Assembly: GCA_051155775.1 (NCBI GenBank)
Contig: DAXETV010000046.1
Span: 12,750 to 76,749, forward strand
DNA from: Cyclobacteriaceae bacterium
GTDB lineage: Bacteria > Bacteroidota > Bacteroidia > Cytophagales > Cyclobacteriaceae
Reading direction: 5' to 3'
Length of the DNA: 64,000 bases
Shown: positions 18,116 to 28,706 of the stretch, in pieces
Layout of the letters: every line of letters starts with the position of its first letter
Numbering within the stretch: the stretch's first letter is position 1
The notes under the pieces: model-generated
Told to the model about the DNA's origin: nothing
What the model saw: the letters and a program-made list of their open reading frames with translations, nothing else
The model's database searches: none
Translations under genes and position numbers: made by a program

Positions 18116-19936
18116 TTAGGCAAGTTGTGAGGCATGAAGCTTTTTATAAATGCCATCCTTATCCAGTAAATCCTGATGATTGCCCAGTTCTTTCAAAACA
18201 CCATCTTCCAGCACACATATGTTATCCGCATGACGTACGGTAGAAAGCCTGTGGGCGATAATGATCGAAGTTCTGTTTTGCATCAGATTAATTAATGCCT
18301 CTTGTACCAACCTTTCTGATTCAGTATCCAGTGCTGAGGTAGCTTCATCCAGGATTAATATTGGCGGATTGGCCAGCACTGCCCTTGCGATGCTTAGTCT
18401 CTGCCTTTGTCCTCCCGAAAGCTTGCCTCCTCTGTCCCCAATAACTGTGTCATAGCCTTGATCTGCCCTTTCGATAAACTCATGAGCGTTTGCAACTTTT
18501 GCTGCTTCTACCACATCATTTTCACTGGTTTTCTCAAGGCCCAGTGAGATGTTGTTGTAAATGGTATCGTTGAATAATATTGGTTCCTGGCTAACATATC
18601 CGATTAGTTTTCGTAAATCGGAAACTTTATAATCTCTTATATCCTTACCATCTACTTTTATAGAACCAGAACTGACATCATAGTACCGCAACAAAAGATC
18701 TACCAGCGTTGACTTCCCTGATCCGGACTTGCCTACCAGTGCAAGTGACTGGCCCTTATAAATGCTTAATGAAATATTTTTGAGAACGTTTTCCCTGGTA
18801 TATCTAAAAGAAACATTGTCGTATTCAATGGCATGTTCAAAGTTTTTTATAGCAGCAGCATTTGGTTTTTCTTCTATTTTTATATCAGCCGTGATCACAC
18901 TGTTCACCCTGTCAAATGATGCCAAACCTTTTTGTATACCATAAAACCCATTAGATACCTGCTTAGCAGGTTCTATTAGTTGTGAAAATATAGCTAAATA
19001 GGCGATGAAAGCCTCAGGTGGGAGGTCTCCCTGTTGTGTCAAAACCAGATTTCCTCCATAATACATGATTATTACAATCACCATGGCACCAAGAAATTCA
19101 CTAAGCGGCGAAGCCAGGTCTTTTCTTTTTTCCACCCTACCTTTTCTGATGGTAAACTCTTGATTATAAACACCAAAACGGTTGATGATTTTGTCTTCTG
19201 CAGTAAATGCTTTGATTATTTTTAGTCCGGAGATGGTCTCCTCCAGGTGGCTGATTACTTCACCTAACATTGACTGGGCAAGTGTTGACCGTCTTCTCAG
19301 GGATTTGCCCACCCGAGAGATAATAAATCCACTAATGGGCAATAATATGAAAACGAATGCTGTCAGCGTAGGGCTCATAATGATCAATGCGACCAAAAAA
19401 ACAATAATATTGGCCATGTCCCGGAATAGCATATTTATAAATCCGATAACGCCCCCTTCAATCTCATCCATGTCTTTAGTAAACCTTACCATTAGATCAC
19501 CTTTCCTTGCATTCGAAAAGTAACTCATCGGCAAGTTGACAATCTTCTGGAAAATTACATTCCGTATGTCCCTGATGATCTTTATACGGAAAATTACCAT
19601 GTAAAACCTTGCCAGGTAAATGAATAAATTCTTAAATAAAAATGAGATTATCAGCCAGATGCTTAGGTATACAAGTGCCTGAAAATCACCTTTTTCGGTG
19701 ATGATCTCACTTAACAGATAATAAAAATTATGCTGAAGGGAATCAATGGAGAATGTGATCGGTACCGGTTCATGTATTAATTCTTTTGTCCCAAATAATA
19801 CACTTAAAAACGGTATGATCAGCGTTAGTGAGAATAACGAGAATAATACCCCTAATCCATTGAAGATAAAATTTAGCAGTGCATAAGGTAAATAAGGCTT
19901 GGTGTGTGGGAATAAGACCTTAACGAATTCTTTCAT
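18116..19936 (-). CDS. ABC transporter permease/ATPase fusion (MsbA-like exporter)
   Basis: Six-TM N-terminal domain, then GKSGSGKST, LSGGQRQRLSIARA, LILDEATSALD. ATG at 19936 (MKEFVKV) is preferred to the longest-ORF start. Confidence 0.85.
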   Translation of the reverse strand: MKEFVKVLFPHTKPYLPYALLNFIFNGLGVLFSLFSLTLIIPFLSVLFGTKELIHEPVPITFSIDSLQHNFYYLLSEIITEKGDFQALVYLSIWLIISFLFKNLFIYLARFYMVIFRIKIIRDIRNVIFQKIVNLPMSYFSNARKGDLMVRFTKDMDEIEGGVIGFINMLFRDMANIIVFLVALIIMSPTLTAFVFILLPISGFIISRVGKSLRRRSTLAQSMLGEVISHLEETISGLKIIKAFTAEDKIINRFGVYNQEFTIRKGRVEKRKDLASPLSEFLGAMVIVIIMYYGGNLVLTQQGDLPPEAFIAYLAIFSQLIEPAKQVSNGFYGIQKGLASFDRVNSVITADIKIEEKPNAAAIKNFEHAIEYDNVSFRYTRENVLKNISLSIYKGQSLALVGKSGSGKSTLVDLLLRYYDVSSGSIKVDGKDIRDYKVSDLRKLIGYVSQEPILFNDTIYNNISLGLEKTSENDVVEAAKVANAHEFIERADQGYDTVIGDRGGKLSGGQRQRLSIARAVLANPPILILDEATSALDTESERLVQEALINLMQNRTSIIIAHRLSTVRHADNICVLEDGVLKELGNHQDLLDKDGIYKKLHASQLA

Positions 19937-20139
19937 TACTGCAAGATTAACAAAATACATGTGATAAAATAAAAAGGTCGGAACCACCGACCCATTTATT
20001 ATAATACAGTATGAAGAAGTTAGTATTAATTACGTGGACTCATTGAAAAAGTTAAAAAATTATTTGAATTATCATATTTATAAACTAATTTAATAATCTG
20101 ATTAATTCTTAGTAAGTAAAAAAGGATTGAGTGTATCCT

Positions 20140-22569
20140 TTAGAAAGAATACCGCAGAGAAAGTATAAAATTACGACCAGGGGCACTTATGCCTGATGAA
20201 TACGGCCTGTAATGTTTGTCTAAGATATTTTCTATACCCCCATTGATGATCCAGCCATTAAAGGTGTATTGTGCTTTAAAATTTAAAGTATACCAGGCGA
20301 GGCTTCCATCCGCAGTGTATAGGTGTGGTTTGGATAATTCTGATGGTGGAAAATTTTCTGCCCTTCTTTTGCCATTGTAAGAAATGTAGAATTCAGATCT
20401 GAAGTTCAGATCCTCATAAGTAAATGATGACCTCCCAAAAGGAGGCGCTGTATGTCTCAGGGGGATATTGCTACCAAGTACAATCTCCCTGCCATTGAAA
20501 TCATAAATAGTATTATCTTCCTGATCTGTGACTTTACCATCAGTGAAAGTGAAAGTATGGGTCATCCTGAGTTTTTCATTAAACCGATATTTAAATTTTG
20601 TGCTCGCACCATAGATTTTTGCTCTTCCAAAATTTCGTAAAGCCTGAACGCGGCTAAGCTCACCATCAAAAAAAATAGAGTCCTGACCATTAAATGTGAA
20701 GTTACTGCGAAGCATGGCATCTTTAAGGATTGAATAAAAACCAACGATTTCAAAATCAATCTTTTCACCGCTCTTATTCAAATTTACTTCCCAGTTAAAT
20801 GTATGCTCAGGCTTAAGATTTTCATTAGGCACTTGCACAAATCCATCAGAGCCATCAAAAATTTTTCCTACGTCATCTATGTTTGGAGAACGAAATCCGG
20901 TTGAAAAAAGACCACTGAGCTGCCAGTTTTCATTTGTTTTGTATATTAAACCCAGGTTACCGGACAGGGAGCCATTGCTTAAATCAAGTTTATCAAAAGG
21001 GAAGTCGATTATGCTGTCATCTTCCAGGCTGGCATTAATTAAAATATGGTTGTATCTGATGCCGGAGTTTAGGGTGATGGACTTCGATAAATTTCTTAAA
21101 TAACTTCCATAAATAGCAGCAGATGTGTAGTTTGATCCGCCATCAGGATAACGCGGGGTAGTTGGTTCTGTAGTTCCATTTTCGATATTTGTTTTTATAC
21201 CTTCTGAATTAACAGCATTGTAGACGAATTCACTACCATAGAAAAACTTATTTTCTGATTTGAATATTTTCTCAAAATCAAGGTTCAGGCTGGCCGCATT
21301 CACCTTTTCAGTTCTTTCCCTCAGTCCATTGTCATTAAATTTCCTGTCGTTCCTGCTTTCTTTAAAGAATTGATGGGCTACGGTGATTCCAGCCTCATCA
21401 TAGAACTTATTTTTATTAAAGAAAGAGGACCTGATTGCGTTTACAACCCACACTTGAGGGCCGTAGAACCATTCTGCCGAAACCGGATCACCATCGTCGT
21501 CAGTTTCGATAAGCCGGTCATAACGCGGTACATCAGAGGTACGGCTGTAGTTTAGGGTATAAGTAACATCCATGGACGAATTTGCCCGCCATTTCAATTT
21601 TTGCAATACATTTAACTGATTATAACCACTGGGGATTTGGAGATTTGGTTCATCGTTTACTTTGATTACATCTTCCCCGTTTTGTCGGTCTGTGATAAAC
21701 AGGCGTTTTCCAAAATCCGGGAATTCATCTGTTCTATTGCTCCCTGTTTTTAGGTCTTCAAATTCACTAAAGGTAAAACTGGTAAGAGCGCTGAACTTTC
21801 TATTTTTGATATTGAAATCAAAATGTCCGGTTTTTTCATTATTTGCGGAAGCATATCTGCTCATGGCATTGCCACTTATTTCATAATCTTTTGAGACAGA
21901 AAATTTCGGGGTTTTGGTTTTAAAATGCATCACCCCTCCGAGCGCATCGCTTCCGTAGATAACAGATCCAGGGCCATAAACTACTTCCGTGTTTTCAATA
22001 ATTAAAGGATCGATACTTATAACATTTTGCAGGTTACCACCACGGAATATGGCGTTGTTCATACGAATATTATCCATAACTATAAGCACAGAATTTGCAG
22101 CAAATCCTCTGATCATGGGGCTGCCGCCACCCAACTGACTTTTTTGTATAAATACCTGGCCACTGCTTTCCAGCAAATCTGCCGAGGTTTGAGGATTATG
22201 AAATTTTATGGATGCGGGATTTACCGAAGTGATTTTATTGGCGATTTCATCCTTATTTTGTCTCCACCGGCTGGCAGATACCACCACTTCATCAATTTGG
22301 ATAATGGTTGGTTCAAGGGATATTGAAAATCCGTTTTTCTTTAAAGTTTTATAAGCAAGGGTTACCCTCTTAAATGAAGGATGCTGAAAACTTAGTATAT
22401 CATCACTTTTAAATTCATGCAAATGAGCGATTCCCTGATCATTGGTTTGCGCTGAAATTTTATCTTGAGAGTAGATAAGCACATTTTCAACGGGCTTTTT
22501 ATTGTCCTTATTTCTAACGATTATCTGTTGCGATGTCGCTTTAAAAGCTAAAAATGAACATCCTGCCAA
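20140..22569 (-). CDS. TonB-dependent receptor
   Basis: N-terminal carboxypeptidase-regulatory-like segment, plug motif GGGSPMIRGF, long beta-barrel, C-terminal ...LRYSF. The ORF as given begins at a TTG; see the finding on the T10 tract at the start. Confidence 0.85.
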   Translation of the reverse strand: MAGCSFLAFKATSQQIIVRNKDNKKPVENVLIYSQDKISAQTNDQGIAHLHEFKSDDILSFQHPSFKRVTLAYKTLKKNGFSISLEPTIIQIDEVVVSASRWRQNKDEIANKITSVNPASIKFHNPQTSADLLESSGQVFIQKSQLGGGSPMIRGFAANSVLIVMDNIRMNNAIFRGGNLQNVISIDPLIIENTEVVYGPGSVIYGSDALGGVMHFKTKTPKFSVSKDYEISGNAMSRYASANNEKTGHFDFNIKNRKFSALTSFTFSEFEDLKTGSNRTDEFPDFGKRLFITDRQNGEDVIKVNDEPNLQIPSGYNQLNVLQKLKWRANSSMDVTYTLNYSRTSDVPRYDRLIETDDDGDPVSAEWFYGPQVWVVNAIRSSFFNKNKFYDEAGITVAHQFFKESRNDRKFNDNGLRERTEKVNAASLNLDFEKIFKSENKFFYGSEFVYNAVNSEGIKTNIENGTTEPTTPRYPDGGSNYTSAAIYGSYLRNLSKSITLNSGIRYNHILINASLEDDSIIDFPFDKLDLSNGSLSGNLGLIYKTNENWQLSGLFSTGFRSPNIDDVGKIFDGSDGFVQVPNENLKPEHTFNWEVNLNKSGEKIDFEIVGFYSILKDAMLRSNFTFNGQDSIFFDGELSRVQALRNFGRAKIYGASTKFKYRFNEKLRMTHTFTFTDGKVTDQEDNTIYDFNGREIVLGSNIPLRHTAPPFGRSSFTYEDLNFRSEFYISYNGKRRAENFPPSELSKPHLYTADGSLAWYTLNFKAQYTFNGWIINGGIENILDKHYRPYSSGISAPGRNFILSLRYSF

Positions 22570-22677
22570 AAAAAAAACAAAAAATATCTCATCACTTCTT
22601 ACCAGGTTTATCTTAAAGCAAAATCAGTTAACCACAAAAACTTTGCCCTAATCCACTAACAATAAAATAAATATTTA

Positions 22678-23637
22678 CTAATGATATTCTGACCAGATAA
22701 GGGCAGCTGCTCCAAGGATGGCTGCATTTTTTTCCTCCATTCCAGAGGGTAATACTTTTACCTTCCCTTTATAAACCTCCATCAGGTTTTCATCCATATA
22801 TTTTTGAGCAGGTTCGAATATCCACTTACCTGAATTAGCCAGTCCACCAAGTAAAAAGAAAGCTTCCGGTTGTGAGAAGGTCATGAAGTTAGCCAGGGCC
22901 CTTCCAAGTATCTCCCCGGTATATGCATAGGCTTTAACTGCTATGAAATCGCCATTTTCAGCAGCTTCAGTGATTTCTTCTCCATGAAGGTCATTGTAGG
23001 CTACATTCCGGAATCTGCTATCTTCCATATAGTATGACAACAAGTACATGATGGTCCTTTTAAGTCCTGTTGCAGAAACATACGCCTCCAAACCACCATG
23101 TATGCCATTGCCATCCAACCGGCCGTTCTCATTAAAAGAAATGTGACCAAGTTCACCTGCAAATCCATCGAAGCCATACACCAGCTCACCGTTACATATA
23201 ATTCCCGTACCTAAGCCAGTACCTAAAGTGATTACAATAAAATCCTCCATGTTTTGGGCATTTCCGTAGAGTCTTTCACCCATTGCTGCGGCATTGGCAT
23301 CGTTAGTCATTTTAATTGGAATATCATCGTAGTATTTTCTCAGTTCTGTAACTAACGGTGTAATGCCTTTCCATATTAGATTGGGGGGGTGTTCTATAGT
23401 GCCTCGCTTGTGGCTGGCGTTGGGCGCACCTATACCTAAGCCAACTACATTTAATGGTTCTTCAGCCTCTTGGACGAGGTCATCTATGCATTTGTTTAAA
23501 TTCTTAAGATAGTCTTGGAAATCGGGAAAATGTTTTGTTCTGAAATCATCCTGAATCATGCATGAACCTTCTTTACTCACTAAACCAACTTTTGTTTTAG
23601 TTCCTCCGATATCGATACCAACAACTATGTCTTTCAT
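22678..23637 (-). CDS. ROK family sugar kinase (glucokinase-like)
   Basis: GIDIGGTKTKVGLV ATP-binding N-terminus and GELGHISF ROK motif. Confidence 0.85.
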   Translation of the reverse strand: MKDIVVGIDIGGTKTKVGLVSKEGSCMIQDDFRTKHFPDFQDYLKNLNKCIDDLVQEAEEPLNVVGLGIGAPNASHKRGTIEHPPNLIWKGITPLVTELRKYYDDIPIKMTNDANAAAMGERLYGNAQNMEDFIVITLGTGLGTGIICNGELVYGFDGFAGELGHISFNENGRLDGNGIHGGLEAYVSATGLKRTIMYLLSYYMEDSRFRNVAYNDLHGEEITEAAENGDFIAVKAYAYTGEILGRALANFMTFSQPEAFFLLGGLANSGKWIFEPAQKYMDENLMEVYKGKVKVLPSGMEEKNAAILGAAALIWSEYH

Positions 23638-23702
23638 TATCTTTAATTTTCTAATTCAATAATAATCAATTATCCAAACTTAAAAATTTTCATCATTAAG
23701 AT

Positions 23703-24671
23703 ATGCCAATTATCAAGAATTCGTCATATAAATGCCCTCCTTTTTATTACTTTAATGAACATATGGAAACGATTATTCCTTCCATGATCCGAAAAGTAAA
23801 AGGATTAAAATACGATAGGGAAAGAATTGAACTTGCTGATGGTGATTTTCTTGACCTTGACTGGCTCAAGAATGGAACCAATAAGTGTGTGTTAATTTCT
23901 CATGGGTTAGAGGGTAACTCGACCAGGCACTATGTGATGGGCACGGCAAAATACTTCTATCAGAAAAACTGGGACGTTTGTGCCTGGAACTATCGCAGCT
24001 GTAGTGATGAGATGAATAGGAAATTGAGGCTTTATCATCATGGTGTTACTGATGATTTCCAAGAAGTATTGGCCCATATTTTTAGCCAGGGATATGATCA
24101 GGTGGGTCTTGTCGGTTATTCAATGGGAGGAAGCACCAGCCTTAAATACCTTGGAGAGCAAGGTGAAAATGTAGATAAAAGAGTAATTGCTTCGGCTGTC
24201 TTTTCTGTGCCGTGTAACTTATGGAACAGCGCCGAACAGTTAAGAAAGAAAGGTAATCAGTTTTATCATAAAAGGTTTTTGAGAAAATTGAAAAAGAAGG
24301 TTCAACAAAAAGCCCTTCAATTTCCCAAAGATGTAGACATTACCAACTTGGATCAGGTAAATGATTTTGAGGTTTTTGATGAACGCTACACCGCACCGCT
24401 TCATGGATTTAAAAATGCGAAAGATTTCTATGTTACCTCCACATCAGATCAGTTTTATGGAAATATTTGTGTGCCATCATTGCTTGTGAATGCTGAAAAT
24501 GATCCGTTATTAGGTGATAAGTGTTATCCATATGATATAGCTAAAGATCATAATTTTCTTTATTTAGAAGTTCCTAAAAAAGGTGGTCATGTAGGATTTT
24601 CAATCCATGGTGATGAATATACCTGGGCTGAAAGAAAAGCTTATGCGTTTATTAATATCTACTCACGGTAG
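23703..24671 (+). CDS. alpha/beta hydrolase (YheT-like)
   Basis: GYSMGGS nucleophile elbow. 322 aa with the layout of the YheT/ABHD1-3 group. Confidence 0.75.
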   Translation: MPIIKNSSYKCPPFYYFNEHMETIIPSMIRKVKGLKYDRERIELADGDFLDLDWLKNGTNKCVLISHGLEGNSTRHYVMGTAKYFYQKNWDVCAWNYRSCSDEMNRKLRLYHHGVTDDFQEVLAHIFSQGYDQVGLVGYSMGGSTSLKYLGEQGENVDKRVIASAVFSVPCNLWNSAEQLRKKGNQFYHKRFLRKLKKKVQQKALQFPKDVDITNLDQVNDFEVFDERYTAPLHGFKNAKDFYVTSTSDQFYGNICVPSLLVNAENDPLLGDKCYPYDIAKDHNFLYLEVPKKGGHVGFSIHGDEYTWAERKAYAFINIYSR

Positions 24672-24672
24672 A

Positions 24673-25209
24673 TCAGTGCTTACCGGTAGGATAGGAGTGG
24701 GTTATTCTTTCAGTATATGCTAAGAGCAATGCAGAAAAAATAAATACCATGTGTATAATAATTTCAATTACTACGCCTTCTACACTTGATTTGATTACAG
24801 CCTCCCTAAAATCCAGAAAGGTTTTTAATAAATGAACGCCTGAAACAGAAGCCAGTGATGATGCCAGTTTTATTTTTAACTGCCCGGCATCAATATCTGC
24901 TAACCATAATGGCTTATCTTCATGATCATTAAAATAAATTTTACTGGTAAAGATTGTATAGCCACCAATAGCTGTAATTATGACTAAGTTCATCACCATG
25001 GACATATCCACCAGGGTAAGCACGGCTAGCATCATCTTTTCTTCGGTCATATGATAAGTTTCCAAAGCGATGTATAGCAACTCTTCCAGAAACTTATACA
25101 AATACATAATGGCACCGAATATCAGACCCACATACATGGGTGACTGCACCCACCGGCTCCAAAAGGTAAATTGCTCAAAACCTTTTTCAAAACGTTTTAT
25201 ACCGCTCAC
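24673..25209 (-). CDS. YqhA/UPF0114 family membrane protein
   Basis: 178 aa with 3-4 TM helices. N-terminal FE..FE...W.SRW..P pattern. Confidence 0.65.
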   Translation of the reverse strand: MSGIKRFEKGFEQFTFWSRWVQSPMYVGLIFGAIMYLYKFLEELLYIALETYHMTEEKMMLAVLTLVDMSMVMNLVIITAIGGYTIFTSKIYFNDHEDKPLWLADIDAGQLKIKLASSLASVSGVHLLKTFLDFREAVIKSSVEGVVIEIIIHMVFIFSALLLAYTERITHSYPTGKH

Positions 25210-25433
25210 AGGCTAAAGTTGGTGTTATATAATAGGTTTAAACTTTTAAAGTAAATTAATATAATGAGATGCTTATCGAATCGAAAGTTATGAATAAGTA
25301 AACAAATCATAACAATTTACAGGTATTAATTATAAAAATCCCAAGGAGCAATTGGTTTGGTAAATGATAACCTATTACATTTAATTCGTTCTATCATCAT
25401 ATTTTAATGGATTGAGATTATTTTTATAAACTA

Positions 25434-26342
25434 ATGGATATGATAAAAAAACAGATCACAATATTTGATAGAAATATTGGATGGAAAATTTTGTTTTTTT
25501 TCTCCCTAATTGGCTGCGGGGAAATGATTGATAAAGGCGTATTTATTATCAACTCAAGTGATCAACTGGTAGAAGTTAGTTTGGTTGGCAGCTGGATGGA
25601 TATCAATTCAAATTTTGGAGTGTCATTCACTGAAGAAGGAGTGATTTCTTATTTAGGTATAAACAATCAAACCGGGATGGTAGTGCCTTTACAATTCAGT
25701 AGAATGGATTCCATTAATGCTTCGGGCGGGAATTTTTTTATTAATCTGGATTCTGCTTGCTGCAAATGTAATTTCGGGTTAAGAGGGAATTATTCACTCT
25801 TAAATGATCAGGTAATAGCGGAAAATTTCTTAATCAAGGATAATCAGGTTACTATGGAGCGTGTTGAAGTTGGCGTAACTTCCAGACCAAATGATAATTC
25901 TTCGTTTAATGCCTCCCTTTTAATTGATGGCGATACATCCAGCTTTGAAAGTGATGCAGTTAGCTCTTTTACCCCTGTAGAATGGTCATTAACGGATAAT
26001 GGCATGACCCAAACCCTGGAAATCCGTCTCCGGGATGCTAATGACTGCATTTATATGCGCCCTCTTGAGATTACTTTTATAATAAATAACTTTTCAGGGG
26101 ATAAATCTTATGAACTGAAAAGCCCAAGGGGAGATAATTCCTATGCAGTAATAAACTGGGTAGATGGATCATCCATAGAACCTTATATCACCACAGGAGC
26201 TGTGGACGGAGACGAAATAGAGATATCCGATTTTGATGGTAGCACCTTTACAGGAGATTTTAAGATTACAGCTAAGTCTGATAATAGATTTTTAGCCTTT
26301 CAGCAAATTGAAGTTTTTGATGGTGCCTTTCAGATTAACTAA
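25434..26342 (+). CDS. hypothetical lipoprotein
   Basis: Signal with lipobox-like FFFSLIGCG. No family recognised. Confidence 0.4.
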   Translation: MDMIKKQITIFDRNIGWKILFFFSLIGCGEMIDKGVFIINSSDQLVEVSLVGSWMDINSNFGVSFTEEGVISYLGINNQTGMVVPLQFSRMDSINASGGNFFINLDSACCKCNFGLRGNYSLLNDQVIAENFLIKDNQVTMERVEVGVTSRPNDNSSFNASLLIDGDTSSFESDAVSSFTPVEWSLTDNGMTQTLEIRLRDANDCIYMRPLEITFIINNFSGDKSYELKSPRGDNSYAVINWVDGSSIEPYITTGAVDGDEIEISDFDGSTFTGDFKITAKSDNRFLAFQQIEVFDGAFQIN

Positions 26343-26419
26343 CCATTAAATGACCTGTAATTATTTTATAATGTCTTAAACAACATACTTGCTTACAAGC
26401 TTTTTAAAAGAATTAATTT

Positions 26420-27802
26420 ATGGTCATGGAAACGGTTGTTATAGCAGGTGCTACTGGATTTATTGGTAGATGGTTTATTGAAAAATATCGTCGGAAATAT
26501 AAAATTATCGCATTAACGCGTAGAAAAATTGAACGTGATGAGGATCCTTCGGTTGAATGGCGGCAGGTAGATCTTTATTCATTGTCAAGTACTACCAATG
26601 CTCTGGAAGGTGCGGACTATGCGTTGTATTTAGTCCACTCAATGAAGCCTTCAGCAAGACTCAATCAGGGGACCTTTGATGATACAGATTTATTATTAGC
26701 GGACAATTTCGCCAGGGCGGCGGAGGCTAATAGATTAAAACATATCGTTTTTATCGGTGGAATATTACCAACCGATACTAATAAACTATCAAGACATTTA
26801 AGAAGCAGGTACGAGGTCGAGCAAACACTGGCAACAAGAAAAACACCACTAACAAGTCTACGGGCGGGCATCATTGTAGGACCGGGCGGTTCATCTTTTA
26901 CCATAATCGAAAAGCTGGTAAAAAGATTACCGGTGATGTTTTGCCCCAAATGGACACAATCTCAATCCCAACCCATTTCACTTGATGACACCTTAACAAT
27001 AATTGATAAGTCTTTTGGTAATGAAGCCTTCTTCAATCAATCCGTCGATATCGGAAGCCCAGAGGTTATGACCTATGTAGACATGCTGAAAACAACCGCA
27101 AGAATTTTAAAAAAGAAACGGTATATCTTTACCATTCCATTCTTTTCCCTGGGCATGTCAAAACTATGGGTAGGGGTGTTCTCAGATTCCCATCCCACTT
27201 TTGTTTCCCCACTTGTGGAAAGCTTGCGTCATAACATCACGATTAATCGTGACCAAAAAATACTTAACGGGCTTAATATCAGGTACCAGTCTTTTGAGTC
27301 AGCCGTATTAAAATCGGTAAAGTCAAACAAACTACCGAAGATTCCCGCAGGCCAAAGTGTACAACCTGAAAAAAATACCGTTAGAAGTTTTCAGCGTCTT
27401 CACAACCCAAAAGGTAAAGATGCCATATGGGTGGCCAATAGTTATCAACTATGGTTGCCTAAATTTTTTAAATACCTTGTGAGGGTAAAAACAGAAGGTG
27501 ATCTCAGTCAATTCCACTTGCTCTGGATGAAACAGCCCCTACTTAAAATGAAATACATACCGGACAGGAGTGATAATCAACGACAGTTATTTTTTATTGT
27601 AGGCGGATTACTCGTAAAGCGCAGTGACTACGGTTGGTTGGAGTTTAGGCAAATCCTTAAGGGCGAATCAGTGATAGCTGCTATTCATGAATTTGTTCCT
27701 ACGCTCCCCTGGTTTATTTATGTAAACACCCAGGCTATAGCTCATCTTTGGGTTATGAAAAACTTTGGCAAGTACCTCAAAAAGTTGAATTTATCACAAT
27801 AG
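26420..27802 (+). CDS. NAD(P)-binding (NmrA/SDR-like) protein with C-terminal DUF2867-like extension
   Basis: VIAGATGFIGRW Rossmann motif. About 200 extra C-terminal residues. Confidence 0.6.
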   Translation: MVMETVVIAGATGFIGRWFIEKYRRKYKIIALTRRKIERDEDPSVEWRQVDLYSLSSTTNALEGADYALYLVHSMKPSARLNQGTFDDTDLLLADNFARAAEANRLKHIVFIGGILPTDTNKLSRHLRSRYEVEQTLATRKTPLTSLRAGIIVGPGGSSFTIIEKLVKRLPVMFCPKWTQSQSQPISLDDTLTIIDKSFGNEAFFNQSVDIGSPEVMTYVDMLKTTARILKKKRYIFTIPFFSLGMSKLWVGVFSDSHPTFVSPLVESLRHNITINRDQKILNGLNIRYQSFESAVLKSVKSNKLPKIPAGQSVQPEKNTVRSFQRLHNPKGKDAIWVANSYQLWLPKFFKYLVRVKTEGDLSQFHLLWMKQPLLKMKYIPDRSDNQRQLFFIVGGLLVKRSDYGWLEFRQILKGESVIAAIHEFVPTLPWFIYVNTQAIAHLWVMKNFGKYLKKLNLSQ

Positions 27803-28315
27803 CCTGCTTTCAATATCTGACCAGTTATCTACTCTTTCAAACGCATTAAGGTTTACATTGTGAAACGCAGTGAATAATAATTTTCGGTTTGGGAAGTTTC
27901 TTAAATGCTTGGGATTATCATCAATTAACAGGTCCCCGTTGATTATATGTTTGTGGTTACTGATGACCAACCGGTGATTATCAATGAAAGGAAAATTCTT
28001 CTTTAGCCATACATTTTTATCAAAAGCGGCATATGGAAATTCAATGGCTGAGGTAACTATATAAACTTCGTATTTTTGGTATAATTTTTCCATTACCTCA
28101 CAACTTCCTTCCATGGCTTCAAGATCAGCAAACCATCCCTGACGGTATGGATAAGATGTCACGATCTCTAAAAATTCCTCAGGAAGCCATTTACTTAGAA
28201 ACTTTCCCTTAATAGATTCAAATTTGAGATCATAACCGGTCTCTTTTTTAAGAACCCGCAGTACTTTCAAGGTGTAATTAGCCAACACCTCATCCATGTC
28301 TATTAAAAGTCTCAA
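27794..28315 (-). CDS. 5'(3')-deoxyribonucleotidase (HAD superfamily, NT5C-like)
   Basis: HAD motif I LIDMDEVLANY at the N-terminus, which requires the TTG start at 28315. 173 aa. Confidence 0.6.
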   Translation of the reverse strand: MRLLIDMDEVLANYTLKVLRVLKKETGYDLKFESIKGKFLSKWLPEEFLEIVTSYPYRQGWFADLEAMEGSCEVMEKLYQKYEVYIVTSAIEFPYAAFDKNVWLKKNFPFIDNHRLVISNHKHIINGDLLIDDNPKHLRNFPNRKLLFTAFHNVNLNAFERVDNWSDIESRLL

Positions 28316-28706
28316 AGTTTAAGTTTTTAGTAATAATATGAGGAATACAGATGTTAGCAAAGAAAATTAATTGTCCATAAAAAAGGTATAAATTTTCACT
28401 TCTTTCTTCCAATCTGTAGGTTGCTTTGCATCACGGGCTATGGATTGTTTTATGCAAACTACCCCTAGCAAAACACCCAAAAGAATGATTAAAAATCGAA
28501 ATCGCTTCATAACCATTTGATTAAACTCATAGAAATAAGTTTAATGGCATTTAAAAAATAATTGCTTATGCAAACCTGCAGCTTACAACTTTAATACCTG
28601 ATAAAATTTTCACTTTGTATAAGGTAATTTTGCATGTTCAAAATTATTTTTTCGTCTTTCCAACGATTTGCAGCAATTACGTTTCTTATAGTAAAGAACT
28701 TATAAA

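Noticed and set aside
28367-28510. 47-codon minus-strand ORF (MKRFRFLIILLGVLLGVVCIKQSIARDAKQPTDWKKEVKIYTFFMDN) with a signal/lipobox-like start in the 390-nt gap
   Set aside because: It is plausible as a small secreted peptide. However, there is no supporting context, motif or coupling to a neighbouring gene, so it is too weak to call as a feature.
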